This document shows positions 30,991-45,100 of a stretch of DNA of 64,000 nt, piece after piece. The position numbers were made by a program, and so were the translations under genes. The notes under the pieces are model-generated. The model worked only from the letters and a program-made list of their open reading frames with translations, was not told the origin of the DNA and made no database searches. How positions within the stretch are numbered: the first letter of the stretch is position 1; every line of letters begins with the position of its first letter. The stretch comes from the human T2T-CHM13v2.0 reference genome, Homo sapiens: assembly GCF_009914755.1 (NCBI RefSeq), contig NC_060932.1, one strand, 5' to 3'.

Positions 30991-33139
30991 TAAAAGTGGA
31001 AACTACATGAAGAATTGATTACAATCCATTTATATTTTGCCAAGATGTATCAAGATTTACTTCAAAATCCAGGAGAAATATGACTGCTATGTTAGAAAAA
31101 GTTAAAGATCCATATCAGGGGACCTTGGCTTTAACCTTAATCACGCAACTCCTTCAAAAACATATCAGGACTTTGTTTTCCAGTAGAAATCATTCACTGT
31201 TGAAAATATAGACTTCGTAATGAAATATAAGCCATATTGTTCATTCATTTAAATAGCAACTAATTGGATTACAAACTGTTATTGTTAAATTTAAAAAATA
31301 CACACACAAGCATCAAAGTGTTAATAAGAACATTTTCCCAGTTACTGGGGCTCAGATACTTATAAGGAGACTGTTATAACACATCATCAAAACTTTGCAA
31401 ATTATTATCAGATTTTTATGCCCACCAAAATTTTGATAGAAGCCAAAGAGAACGAAGGAAACACATGAAATGAAAAAAAATCAACAGCTATATGATTTAT
31501 TTAACATATGTTTAAAGCAGTCTATTCTCTGCCAAATTTTGTGTAAATACTAAGGGTAAAGAAAAGAAAGACAGAGCTCAGATCCTCAAGGAGTTAAGGG
31601 TCTAGTGGGTAATGCTAAAAATGAACAAAGGACTTAAGACTAAAGACGTAAGACTGAAACTTAAGACTTAAGTTTAAATTTTCTCAAGAAAGTAAGACAA
31701 GGGTATTTAAGGTACCCAGAATTATTTAGAGCTAGTAGCTCCTAAATCTTCAGAGGCATCATAACTCTAGATAATCAAATGCGTGAGAAATCTGCTCCCT
31801 CTGAAAGTCAAGGTCAGAGTCAGGGGTTCGGGAGTAGGAGAATATGATATTCTGTGCAGGGAAAAACCCACTAGAACCTGAGATCACTTAGATTCTTGAA
31901 GCCTTTTAAGATTTTTGAGGAAAGAGCTTTTGAATTCAGCTTTGTGAATGACACCAAGACTAAAGAATAAAGCATTTTTTAAACCAAGGACCCCTGTTTA
32001 GTTTCAGAAGGAAACCTGAATACTCTAGGCCATAAAGCCCTTGTAGCCTTTAAAAAAAATCTAAGTATCATTTACTCATTAAGCCAGGAAAGTTTTATTT
32101 TCCAGTTCTTTAATAAGAAATTTTTACCCAGGATGTGTAGAGGAGAAGAGTATCATATTTTTCATGTTGTATAATATAACAAATTGTCTATGCTTTGGGA
32201 GTTTTTTTTTTTTCCTGTGGTGTTGCTTCCTTTTAAAATTTACCCTAATAATTTTTAGTGTTTCTAACTTGTTAGAACTCAAGTTTCTAGTTTATACTTC
32301 TACATTCCTGCCCTGAGTTGAAAGCTATAGTATTTCCTTGAAGGGCAATCAATATGTAAAATGAACTGTCCTAGATGACTTGAGATGCTGAGTTAAGATA
32401 AAATGTCCCAGATTGAATTCAGTGATCACAAAGCTAATTGGTGTTCCAATGTTTTTCTCCAACATATGAAAGTGTCTTAAACAGAGGATACAGACTTTGC
32501 ACAACATGAAATTTGCTCCTAGAACTTAAGTTTTAAAAATAACTTATTTACCATTTATTGAAAAAATACTACAGTTTCATGTGGGTTTAGGGTATCCTGG
32601 TTAGAAAAATCCTACATTTTGGAGTCACTGTCCTTTTTTGTGTGTTTTCAAATGTAGGAAGTTAAATGTAGAAAACCAAAAACAGTTATATGCAAGAAAA
32701 ATTTCTAGGCATATTACATTTTTATTTCATTAAAACTGAAGTGACTCAGGTTGATGTATTAAACCAGAACTAAGTTCCAAACTAATTTGACTAATATATT
32801 AGAAGCAATTTGGAAGCAGTCTATAGCACTAGCCATGCTGTAGTACAGTCATTTCAGTTCTGGTTCTAGTTGGCTAACCCAGGCATGCACAATCTATGGG
32901 TAATTTAGTTGCTATGCCATGACACTATTCAGTTATTATTTACAAGTATATTTGTGAATTACCAACAGAATTAGACACAGGGTTTATCAATTTTAATTTC
33001 ACTTATGATGGCCAAACTTAGTTTTAATTTCCTTCTGTGAGTGCTTGGACCCATTTTCTGTCCTGTCTTTAGATTAGATATATTTAGACCACTTCTTTTT
33101 GTTATTAATACAAAATTCTGACTCATAAAAAAATAGCTG

Positions 33140-33310
33140 CTATATTTATTGACTTCTATCATACTTTGTAAGATTGGTACTATTGTAGTATTCAGATGGG
33201 GGCACTGAAGCTTAGAGAGGTTGAAAAACTTGCTGCAGTTCACACAGCCAGCCAGGGTACAAGCAACTAACTTTCAGACTCAGGTCTGTCTGATATCAAA
33301 ACCTGAGGTT
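33140..33310 (-). mobile_element. MIR fragment
   Basis: cagatgggggcactgaagcttagagaggttgaaaaacttgc (MIR core). Confidence 0.65.
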
Positions 33311-33816
33311 CCATATTTCTATGAAGAGACCATGTTATTTTGCCTTAGGGTGCATTTTGGAGCTTGTCTACTGATTTCTATCATATTCCTTCTATCAGCA
33401 ACTTTAAGGGGGATTTTAGGAGTCCTGTACTTATCTGAACTAAGCACCAATGTTAACATTTTTTCTATGTGATAGAATTCCTATAATCACATTGTTCTAG
33501 AAATAATAGGAGGGGGACCAGCTATTTAGCTTGACTGTGATGAATTGTGTCTCTGTGCACCCAGACTAGAGAGCATTTTGGCTACAGGACAGAATTTATT
33601 CAGAACAATTATCACCAATATGACAACCCAAGGTTATATTATCAAGAAAAATATTTTAGTAGAAAAAGGTAGCAGGTCTGGATAACGGGTGTAATTTCTG
33701 TGATGATGAGACCATTTATGGTAATACCAAAGGGAGAAAAGATGTTGCAGGTCATTGTGGGGATTAGGGCAGATGAAATATCAGAAGGCAGATTAAATGG
33801 TTTCTAATTATAGTAT

Positions 33817-34369
33817 GTGGCAGTCAGAATTTTGGCCTCATGATTTTTGGCCCTGGTGTTAATCTTATGACTATGTTATGTTCCATGGCAAATAGACTTT
33901 GCAGAACGTAATTAAGGTTACTAATTAGCTGACCTTAAAATAGGAAGATTAATCTGGTTTATACAGTTGGGCCTACTCTAAGTTATACATGCCTCTAAAA
34001 GCAAACATTTTTCTCCCAATGGTAGCAGAAATTCCAAACATAAGAAGGGTTTGATGTGCCCTTGGTAACTTGGAGATTCAGAGGGCCACATGTCAAGGAA
34101 ACAGGGAACTCAATCCTACAGCCTCAAGGAACAGGATCCTGCTAACAGTGTGAATAAGCTTGGAAGCGGAAGCTTCCCCAGAGCCTCCAAAGAGGAGTCC
34201 AGCCCACCCAGTGCTTTGATCTCAGACTGTGTGGTCTTAAGTAGAGGCTCAGCTGAGCCACATGGTGCCTGTACTTCTGACTCATGGAATTGGAAGACAA
34301 TAAATGGGTCTTATTTCAAGTAATTAAGTCTGTGGTAATTTGTTACAACAGAAATAGAAAACTAATGCA
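33817..34369 (+). mobile_element. MLT1-family (MaLR) solo LTR
   Basis: tgtggcag start; ...gtaatttgttacaacagaaatagaaaactaatgca end. Confidence 0.8.
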
Positions 34370-34970
34370 GTACATAATTGATCAATTTTTTTTTCATATG
34401 ACCCCTGTAGGAATTTTCAAAAGAAAAATATTGCTTATTCTGGATAATAAATAATACCTTAGAATATTTGTCATACTGAATAATTATGTGTTCTGGGGGG
34501 TGCAAAGGAATACAATCATGTTACCAACATTTCTGTAGAATCACAGCGTGAACCCTAGTTTAAATCTAGGTGTACATATGGTCTCTTCCTCAGGATCTCA
34601 CTGTAATGGGAAAATTCAATCTTAATAACACCGGAGCATAGGATTGTCTTATTCTTCAGGTCTACCCACTGAATGGTGTGTGATAATAATTACAATAAAA
34701 TATGCATATTGCAAGATAGTAATGGTGAGTTGCTAAAAGAAAGGATGTAATGAAAACTAGCTGGATTTAATTTATTGGTTTTTCCATGGTCAGTGGATAC
34801 ATGCTTCACCATATAGAACAGCATTTCATGGTGTTAGAAGTAACTGGTTCTAAGGGAAATTAGTAAGGAGTATTTATGATAAAAAGTAAGAAGTGAGTTC
34901 AAAATGGAATATGAATTTGGAAATTGGAGATGTAGGGAGTTTTAGTTCCCTTTTATCCTTTGTGTTGCAG

Positions 34971-35190
34971 ATTAATCTCAAAGATATTGGTGAAATCTAT
35001 AAAATACGTATTGGACATGACAACACTGGAAAGAATCCCAGGTGGTATCTGGAAGAAGTTAGACTTGAAAATATAGCCACATATGAGCTATTTTGTTTAC
35101 CTGTTGATTCCTGGATAGCTGAGAATGAAAATGATGGCGATCTATGGAAGGAAATACCCATCATGGGACCAAAGAAAGCACCTTTGCCAG
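34971..35190 (+). CDS. RP1: Internal coding exon (220 nt, phase 0 to 1): C-terminal half of a PLAT/LH2 domain plus linker; long PLAT-containing RP1 isoform
   Basis: Acceptor ttttatcctttgtgttgcag| and donor CAG|gtatat. Translation INLKDIGEIYKIRIGHDNTGKNPRWYLEEVRLEN...FCLPVDSWIAENENDGDLWKEIP matches the PLAT pattern (lG.l..irigHDn.G..p.W.l..V; W......DG...rel). Gene name is from recollection of the exon-size series 220/155/79/82, not a database search. Confidence 0.85.
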
Positions 35191-35253
35191 GTATATAATT
35201 TCATTTCCTTTGTGATGTGTATTGAAAATTAAAATAATTGAGATGATTTAGAA

Positions 35254-35591
35254 TAGGGGCTGGCACCTTTTTCTGTAAAGGACCAGACAGTAAATATCTC
35301 ACACTTCGTGGGCTATAAAGTCTCTGCCAAAACTGCTCAACTCTGCCAGTGTAGTGACGTGGCAGATATAGATAATATGGAAACAAATGATGTGGCTGTG
35401 TGCCAATAAAACTTTATGTGTAGACTCTGAAATTGGAGTCTCATATAATGTTTATTTGTTAAGAAATAGTATTCTGGTTTTGATTTTTTCAATCATTAAG
35501 AAAAATCAAAAGCATTCTAGCTCCTGGACTGTACAAAAATAAGTGGCTGGCAGATTTGGCCCACGGGCCGCAAGTTGTTTGCCCACCCCTG
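35254..35591. mobile_element. MER58 (hAT-Charlie MITE)
   Basis: TIR-like taggggctggca...tgcccacccctg with a perfect 8-bp hAT-type TSD atttagaa (35246-35253 and 35592-35599). Confidence 0.88.
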
Positions 35592-35950
35592 ATTTAGAAC
35601 ATTAGGATTAACACCAGTATGTCTGTTCAGAGGTGACAATATATATCCAAGAATAGATGTGTGTGTTCAGCTCATCTTTCTGTAATCTGCTTTGCTACCC
35701 ATTTAGATGTGACTTTCTTCTTAGCTAATTATGTTAACAAATGTCAGCAATCATGAACTTTGTAGCACCTGAATTCCTTTACTGAGTATTTTTTCTTTTT
35801 TGCTTGAAAGCAAACTCACCCAATGTCTTAATTTTCTCTCTGTCCATTCCTGGTATCTCTAATAACTACCTTCTTTTTGCTTCCACCACTGGAGAGAAAA
35901 CCTTATTTCTCAATGGATACTGATAGCCTCTTTGTTCGGAATGAAATTAC

Positions 35951-36248
35951 TGTGTATATGTGTGTGTATATGTGTGCATGTATGTGTTTGTGTGTATGCG
36001 AGTGTTTGAGTGTATGTGCATGAATGCTTATATATGTATGTGCGTGACAGAATGTATGCATGTGAGTGTTTCAATGTATGTGCATGAATGCTTATATATG
36101 TATGTGCGTGACTGAATGTATGCATGTGTGTATATGTGTATGAGTGTGTGCATGCATGTGACACTATGTATATGTGTATACGTGTGTGTGCATATTCCTG
36201 CATGCATATGTGAAAAAGTCTGTGTGTATGAGTGTGTGTGTGTGTGTA
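35951..36248. repeat. Degenerate (TG)n/(TATG)n tract with an internal ~64-bp duplication
   Basis: gtgcatgaatgcttatatatgtatgtgcgtgac occurs twice. Confidence 0.9.
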
Positions 36249-36319
36249 TTCTTAGTGTCCTGAATCTCTCTGTTGTATTTGATACTAATACTCATGATCT
36301 CTCATTTAAGGAGGCAGAG

Positions 36320-36570
36320 GTTCTTAGAGGCTCTGGAACCAAGTCTTGGCTTGGTGATGTGATTGGCTGTGTCATGCAAGCTACTTAGCCTCCCTTAGCC
36401 AAGAATGCCTTGTCTGTAAAATGGTGATAAATAGAGCTTATGTCACAGGATTGTTTTCAGTACATGAGATAATGCATTTATAATATTTAGGATGATGTAC
36501 TTACAGTATACAGCAGTGTTCTTAGCATACAATAATTCCACAAGAAATACTAGCCATTACCATCATCATC
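36320..36570 (+). mobile_element. MIR fragment
   Basis: caagctacttagcctc...tctgtaaaatggtgataaatag...caggattgtt. Confidence 0.6.
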
Positions 36571-37750
36571 ATTATTAAATATTTCTCCAACCTTGACCTT
36601 CATCACGTGGTACCAGCCTAGTTCTTTGACTGTTTCATCCAAGTTTTTCTCTTTATATTACTGGCCCTACTTGGTCATTTTGCCTTGAACAGGTGGGTTT
36701 AAATGCTTGATTCTTTACTCCCCTTTGAGCCTCTCTCTAACTTCTATTGTTAATTCTACACAAAAGAATGACACATTTTCATCTTCAGTCCTGTCTTCTT
36801 TCCTGCCTAGAGCCCCAGCGCTCCATTAGGTGTTTACCATCCCATCATCTTTAATACCCACTCATTCAACCATTCCACGCAGATAAGGGTAAACACATGC
36901 CTACAAACAGGTCTCAGGTGGCTGGTGTGAGCCAGGAGTAATGAGCACCAGAGGAAATCCTGATGATTCGGATAGGGGTCCTGTTCTTTAGAAGTCGTTC
37001 TGTCTTCATGGCCATAGTTACCATCTTCAGTCTAATGACTCCGCCTCTTCTGGCCCCTCATCAGTTCCTTCTTTTCAGTAGCCCCTGGAAATCTTTGCTC
37101 AGCATTTCAGTGATTCTTTGAACCCTCCCTGTCCCTGCCCTTCACCTCCTGCTGATTTCCTCAACAATTACCAGAGGAACTGGGCTTCTCTCCACCAGCA
37201 TCTCCTTGATTAGCCTTATATCCCAGCTGGTACTCCATCCCACATACTCTCAATCTCTGTTAGAATGGCACAGAACACATGGGTACGTGCCCCCAGATAC
37301 TAGTTGATTAATTCAGACACAGCAAGAAAGATTTGGGGTAAGTCCTGCTTAATGAAATGATAAATGTAGAATAATACTAATGCTTTATATTTGTATATAT
37401 TTTGACAGTTTGCAAAAACATTCTCTCATATAAGATTTCATTTAACACATCATAAAGCTCCTGATTCTAATGGTTCTTTGTAGCTGTTCTGCAGTCATGT
37501 GAAGGTGGCAGTGGTATCCAGGGATGCCCAGAAAATGATGAAGTGGGAAAAATGAAGGGGTCCTAAAAGATTTAGAATTTTGGTTTCTACCCTGCATGTC
37601 TCAGGACCTATCTATTCTATTCACCTCATTGCTAACATGTCAATAATTCATTCTAGTTTTGAAAAATGATGTTTAAAAAAATATTGAAATCCATGGTACT
37701 GATAAGAAACAGAAGAACTCTGATGGTGTGCTATATTAGATATTTCTTAA

Positions 37751-38022
<272 letters not shown>

Positions 38023-39287
38023 GGCTGCATTATTTTAAAGTGAACTTTAAAGTCTGTTATACAACTCTTGTATTTCTTTCAGTTACCTCTATCGGAGCAC
38101 ATTTGTTACATGCAAAAAAAAAAAAAAATGTGGAAGGCAGTTGTGTTTTTTTTTTTTTAATTTGAGGTCCAAGAGAAACTTCATTGTATCTTAAATGAGC
38201 TATTGATTTTGGGTCCATTTAACTTGAGCAGCAATAAAGGCTCAGCATGTCTTCCCTGCATCTTTCTGTTCATCCTTTCTCCAGACTAGCTAATGAAACT
38301 TTATCCATTAGCATTTCCCATTTAAAGGGGGTAATTTCTTAGCTGAAGCACACTAACCATTTCTTAAGGTATTTTCTCCAGCAGAAGAATATAATGTAAT
38401 AATGATACTTACAGCTAATCTGACTAAGTTTTCTCATTTTTCTCAGGCTCTGACATATCAGTCCAGTTGCCCCTTTCCCAGATTAAATATTTGCACATTT
38501 AGGGGGAAAACATTAAAACAAGAAAATGAAAAAAATAACACCCCAATATTCAGGAATTAAACAGAGACCAAAACTCATGGGTGGGTAAGGAGTGGTCTGG
38601 GCATGCTGAGTACCATCTTTTGGAAAATCATCTTGGTGCCATCCAGAGGCTCATTTATTATTCCCATGACATCAAGGAAAGCCCACAGTGGTTTCAGACC
38701 AATGAACTGATACTTCCTTGATTTGGCTTTGAGAAGAGAAGGAAGGAAATGTTGACCTTCAATATTTTGGGATTGTCTGTCCCTCTGTCAGAGCATTCTC
38801 TAGCTGACCATGGGAAAAACACAAGGAGTGATGAGGAGAAACTTTTAAATTATGAAGCTATTATACTTATCTTGGAGTTGCCATGCTGGTAAAGTCCTAG
38901 GGATGCACTTGAGGGTTGGGTACTTTTTAATTTAGTAGCACAAAAAGAGTGGTTTTCCAGGCAGTTGGCACTTACACTCTGAGCTGATTAATTTTGTGAC
39001 ATTGTCTTTATTTTCAAAGGATTGCTGGAATGTTTTCAAAAGAAAAGTGTTTTGAGACTACTAGTCTATAAGTCATCATTCTTTGGGGGCTGAGCTAGAT
39101 TGCTGGTGGGATTATAGTGATCTCCTCCCAGAGGCCAGCACTGCCAAATGCAGCTTGTTTCATGCCTTTCTCTGATTTATTCACCATCCGCGGTGTTGGT
39201 TGGGAGCAGCCCGGAGGAGATGCCGATTGCCCTTGGCTTGTTGTCCTGAAGAGTCTTTAGTTAACGGCCTGGCAGTGATGCTTAGGG

Positions 39288-39309
39288 CTGATAAGAATGC
39301 TGACTCAGC
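39288..39309 (+). promoter_or_regulatory. Adjacent GATA (TGATAAG) and MARE/AP-1 (TGCTGACTCAGC) motifs in a locally CpG-retaining unique segment; candidate enhancer core
   Basis: Motifs read directly from the sequence; function is inferred only. Confidence 0.35.
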
Positions 39310-40159
39310 TCGAGGCGGCCTTGCCACATATTCTGGCTCCAGGCTCTCTCCAGGAGAGATGGATGATAAAAGAAGGTGAGGTTCGAGGCCACATCTATGG
39401 GTGAAGAAATGTTTGATGCCAGACTTTGGCAAGTGGTCAGAAGGGCTTTACTTCAAATCAAGAAATAACCATCTGAGAATGTATTAAAGTACCATCATAT
39501 TTGAAATATGCCTACTTCAAAATATTTGCATTTATGAAACTTGAAGTCATGAGAAAATAAGCCGAAATGCCTGCTGACAACCTATAGCAAGTTTTAGATA
39601 ACAACTGAGCTAAATTAAAAAAAGGACAAGCTTTCTTTAATGCTTTAGCCTTTATCACAATACTCGTCAATATGTGAGGGGAAAACATGGGCTTCAGAAT
39701 GATTCAGACCTTTTCATCCACGAGAGAACTATAGCTCAGATACACAGCATCTGGCGGCAAATCTAGGTCTCCATCACTGGCTATGTGAATCGGGGCAAGT
39801 GGCCAGGTTTTCTGAGTTTCTGTTACTCTCTTTGTGAAATGGGAAATACAACATCTATTGCCAGAATGATTACCATTTAATCCACCATCGAAACCAGCAC
39901 TCTTTTTGAGAGCAAAGAAGGGCTCTGAATCATTATTTCAGGACAGCAGTGTCAGTGAAGACCTTTCTAGGCAAACCAAGGCCATGGGACTCCTGTGGGG
40001 TTTCCACCAGGAGCACGGCAGAGCAGCACGATAGGTGCCAATCACAGAGGAGGCATTCACTACACTAAATTCATTCCTTCCCCTCCTTCCTTTGCATCAT
40101 TTAGCTGTTATCATGGGAACACTGGTATCACAAAGAGCACTTTGGGATTAGTATAGGCT

Positions 40160-40570
40160 GTTCTCAACCCCACTGACAGAGTGACCCTCTTAAAATGTCA
40201 ATCAGATTATGTCATTCCTTTGCTTACAACCCTCCAAAGATTTTCTAACTTACTAAGAGTAACAGCCAAAGTCATCACAATGTCCTACAAGGACCTACTT
40301 GTGTCCCGCCACCACCTGCTGCCCCCAACTCCAGCCTCTATCTCCCTCGTGGCTCTGGCTTGCATCCCCAGAGCCCTCAGGCCCCTGCCCTTTCTGTCCC
40401 GTCTTCTACCACAGGCCTTGCCCAGGCCTCTGCATGGTCAGCTCTTCATCTGTGCTCAGGTCTCTGATCCAAGGGACGTTTCCAGTGCTGCTTTCCTGGC
40501 AACCTTCTGTAGAACTGCAAGAAACTCCACTCCCCTCCCAACTGTGGCATCCCTTTTCTCTCTACGGCTC
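40160..40570 (+). mobile_element. L2 fragment
   Basis: aaaatgtcaatcagattatgtcattcctttgcttacaaccctcca (L2 core). Confidence 0.7.
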
Positions 40571-40584
40571 AGACGTACTTCTTT

Positions 40585-40905
40585 TGTGTGTGTGTGAGAC
40601 AGAGTGTTGCCCAGGCTGGAGTGCTGTGGTGCAATTTCAGCTCCACTCTCTGGGTTCAAGGGATTCTCCTGCCTCAACCTCCTGAGTAGCTGGGACTACA
40701 GGCGTGCACCACCACGCCCAGCTAGTTTTTGTATTTTTATGTATTTATGTATGTATGTATGTATTTATTTATTTACGTATTTTTAGTAGAGACAGGGTTT
40801 TGCCACGTTGGCCAGGCTGGTCTCAAACTCCTGACCTCAGGTGATCCACCCGCTTCGGCCTCCCAAAAGGCTGGGATTACAGGTGTGAGCCATGGTGCCC
40901 GGCCC
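40585..40905 (-). mobile_element. AluS with (TG)n tail and expanded (TATG/TATT)n mid-linker
   Basis: Reverse Alu; linker expanded at 40730-40783. Confidence 0.92.
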
Positions 40906-41842
40906 AGAGGTATTTCTTTTTCAACAATCAGATATGTACGTTCAACCAAGAGGCAGAGGATGATGCAGCCCCAAACCGCCGCCGTATATGGTCTTGGATC
41001 CCAAACCTTCAGTGCAGACTGGAACTGAACTGTCTGCACATGTTTAACGCTGAATCTCATTTGCCATCTGTTCCTGAGATCTGATTTTTTTGGGCCGTAT
41101 CAATGTGATCTCACCACAATGAGTGCTCTGAGAGCTTAATTCTTGGTGACCTGAAAGAAAGCACTAAAACGGTTCATTAATTAAATCAAAGGGAAGCTTC
41201 AGCCTAGGGGTTTATCTTCGGGAAGTTTGGTCGCTCTGACTGCAGAGCTCCAGGGCCCTTGTTCCCACCCTTGCTCCAGTCCTGCAGGGGCTGGTAGCCA
41301 TCCCTGCACAGCATCGCAGGGCTCAGGTGCAGAGGGAAGCAGGCCCGCTGTTGGGAAAGGGGGCACCTGAGGAGTCCCTGGGGCAGTCATTAGTGTTACC
41401 TAGGCGCTTTAGAGCCTCATGGCTAAGACTAAGGGACTAGGGAACTCCCCAAAACACAATTGCACTCTTTTTTCTGATTAGGAAAGGTTCCACAAAAAAT
41501 ACCCATGTTGACTAACAATATTGTGTGCTCTGTGATAAGGCTGAGGGCATCAGTGAGAAGCTCATGGCCTTTTAGCCTTCTCCTTGAACTTTATGGTTAT
41601 TTGGTTATGTCCACCAAGGTAGGTAGAACCTGAAACTTGCTCAGAACTTTTTCCCGAGATGAAAGAAAGTGTCCTGAGAGAGCATGGCCCCAGGATGATT
41701 TACCAGCTGGACAGAGTTGGAAGCCCGGGTGGCCCAAAGAACCCTTCATACCACCTTCTCTAAATTGAGGACCTAGATAAATATTTAGCTCAATTTATTT
41801 ATTTATGTAGCTTCAATTTATTTATTCAGCTCCTCAATTTAT

Positions 41843-41886
41843 TTACTTTTAATGGCAAAAACGCAGTTACTTTTGCACCAACCTAT
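41843..41886. mobile_element. MADE1 (Hsmar1-derived MITE) fragment
   Basis: ttacttttaatggcaaaaacgcagttacttttgcaccaacctata resembles the MADE1 TIR. Confidence 0.8.
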
Positions 41887-41995
41887 AGAAGGACCTGAGT
41901 GGAGAATCTTCTGGTTAGGGTCCTAATTAAGATGTAAGGTCTCATGGATTTCACTGGGGTGTAATGCTGTTTGCCCCTAATAAAGGTTGTGGAGT

Positions 41996-42151
41996 CCTCT
42001 GTGTGTGCGTGTGTAGACATGCTTGTCTCTGTGTGTGCGTATGTGTGTGCGTGTGTAGACAAGCTTGCCTCTGTGTGTGCATATGTGTGTGCATGTGTAG
42101 ACATGCTTGCCTCTGTGTGTGCGTATGTGTGTGCATGTGTAGACATGCTTG
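41996..42151. repeat. 42-bp minisatellite, about 3.7 copies
   Basis: Unit cctctgtgtgtgcgtatgtgtgtgcatgtgtagacatgcttg. Confidence 0.9.
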
Positions 42152-45100
42152 CATACATGTTTGCACAAGGGCACATCTCTCTAGGTAAAGTCCCATAGAT
42201 CGTTTCCCAATAAAATATGAACTATACATATTGTTAGGAGAACAGGAGTCTGCAACATTAGGGATACAGCTGGAAAAATGATATTCTTATGTGATCCTAT
42301 AGTTGATTTGTTAAATGGAGAATATTTCCCGAGCAGATTGAGGAGATTGAGAAATCTTGGATAGTTTGGATGGAAGGAGAATGAATGGCGCCACTGGGTC
42401 ACTCTGTGTAAAGGAGATGAGGAGGCATTCTAAATGAACTCTCTTAGGGGGAGCTCCTCTAGCCCACTGTCTGGCATGAAGGGCTCACCATACTAGGTCC
42501 CCACCTCACCCCTCTTCAGTCACTCCACAGGCTGGTGGATGGCACTCCTTAGGGACGGTCAGAGTCTGGGAAGCGAAATTCTATTGTCCACTCCACTAAC
42601 ACATATGGACCTGGGTCTAGGAGATGTGGCCAAAGGGCCAGAAGCTGGGTGGCCCCTGGGGTGAACTGGGGAACAAGAACAAAGTTAGGAAGGAGGAGAC
42701 AAGTTCCAATGACTATCGGGGAGGAGCACTTTGGGGCTGGGGTTGCAGAGTGCCTGGGAAGGTGGCCTAGAAAGGGTGCAGCTCTGGGTGAGGAGCAGCC
42801 GCTGCCTTCTTTAGATGATTCATACCTGATCAGTGGTTCTCTGGCGACTAGCAGAGTACGGTGCACAAGACTCATCAACGGATGGATGAAAGAGCACTTC
42901 TTTATTCAGCAGATATTTATGTGTGCTAGGAGCTGGGGATTCTAACCTGAAAAAACATGAGCCCTGCCCCTAGGAACACGGGAGTTAGGAGCAGGGAAAC
43001 CAAGACGCCCGGTGCACGGATGAGTGGACTTCTGCAGCAGTGCCCTCAGAAGTGGCAGCTCGGGCTACAGAGAGTCCTGCAGACACAGCCATTGCCTGAT
43101 ACAGCACTGATAACTTTAAGTGACCTTAATAACACAATTACCAAATATTCTTTCATGCTTTATTCAAAATTATCCTAAATTGAGGAGATTGCTTCCTTTT
43201 AGGGCATTTCTCTGGCAATAGCTGCTTAAATCTAGAAGGAAAATTGCCTGGCTCAACTAATTTATTATCACTTCCTATTACTGACAGATGGCTGACTGTG
43301 GGTGAGGCAGCCGCCTGCTCCTTTGCTTCTGGGGCCAAAATTCTGTGGTCCTCAGTACTTCTTTGCTCATGTTCAATCGCAACATCTTAGACTAGGTTAG
43401 AAGTGGCCCTTCCTCCTGAAACATCTACTGGTCCTAATGTTCTATGCATTTATAGACACATATAGATGTCTGATAGGGGAAGACTCAATTCCATTCAACA
43501 GATAAACTTCTGGTCTCTAAATAGTGAAGTTACTCCATTCCAGCCAGCTTTGCGAAGGGCTGCCCTCATTGCCACATGTCTGCAGTTTTCACTTTACCTT
43601 GTGTAATCAGAAATGGGCCACCAAGGGAAAGAAAAACTTCTTGGCCGAAGAAGAATATGAGATGACCGTTACAATGGAATCCAGATTAAAGACAGAACTA
43701 TGCTAAATATAGTATATATTATAAACAATTAATTGGCTTCAATTCCTTTATACATTCATTTGAGAAACAGACACGTGTCGTGTATAAGGCCATCTTTCTA
43801 GACATGGTCCAGGTTACTGCTATATCTGCATTGTTTTCACCATGATGTGGTGGATTTGAATCTTCATAATGATAACTTTGAGGGGTGCAAAATATAACCT
43901 TTTTCCTTCTCCACAACTGATTATAGTCTACAGCCCTTCCTAAGGAAAGTATTGCGTGTGATGGAAATATTCCCTATCTTGATTGTGGTAGTAGTTCCAA
44001 GACTGTATGCATTTGGTAACACTCATCAAACTATATCTTAAAAGTGAAATTTACTGCATGTAAATTATATTTCAACATACTTGACTTAACAAATAACCCA
44101 CACCCTTGTTGCTACTGATGGTGGAAATCTTAATCATTTTGACTCCAAATAAACTCAGACACTTCCAGTATAGAGTTGAATTTAGTCTCTTTTGGTCTAA
44201 AACTGACCAATTCAATATACTTTCTTCTCATTTCTGCCCCTCTTAATACTCCATACGGATACCTTAGTTCCTGGATATCATCCTCATGTCTGAAGGTGCG
44301 AGGGCCACCTTCAGTTCTCTTTGGCCTTCCCTGAGGTGTCTCATTCTGTTTGTCTTTGGGAGTCACCTCCTCCCTCATTGGTAATGTCTGCTGAAGGAAG
44401 CACACATCACACCACAGCTCTGGTTTCTGTGCCACCCTAGCTAGAAAAATGTGTCCCTTTGGGACTGTCACACTGATCTCAGCCATTCCATGCTTCTCTT
44501 AGCAGCAGGGATGAGAGCTGATGAGGGCACTCTGTTGCCTTTCCTCTCCTCCTGGCTGCTTGGTCAACAGGATGCTTCCTCAGGGCTGCCCCCAAGATCC
44601 AACCCTCAGCATCTGCTGGTGCATCTCTCAGGTCAAATCAGAGACGCCAGGGAGGGAGGGAAGGAGACAGAGGGGAGGGAGGGAGATAGAAAAGGGAATT
44701 TTTTCTCCAGCACTCTTGTAAAAAAAAGAGAGAGATTTTTTCAAAAACTCTTACAATGAATAGTCACATTTTTCACAAGTGATGTCTCTTCTAAGATTCT
44801 TTCAGTCTGTTTCAGAAATCAGTGGACTTTTTGTTCTAGACCTTACTCAGAACTGTCTTCCCCCAAGAAATAAATGTCACTCCCGGAGGCCCCAGGGCCC
44901 TCAGGGCAAAAAAGAAAAATGTAGGGAAGAAAAGTCTCAGCTACAATCTCATAATTGTATCCTGATATGTTTGCCAGAATGATGGTGATAATAATGATCT
45001 TTTGGCAGATGGAATTCCAGTTCTGAATGGTAGAAAGCAGGGCTTTGTTCTGGCTGCGTTCATTTTAGATTGTGCGATCTTTCCACTGGCTCTCTGAGAC

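Noticed and set aside
34893-34970. ORF-track extensions of the PLAT exons (also 50252-50467 and 63464-63590)
   Set aside because: Intronic read-through beyond clear splice sites; PLAT similarity stops at the exon boundaries.
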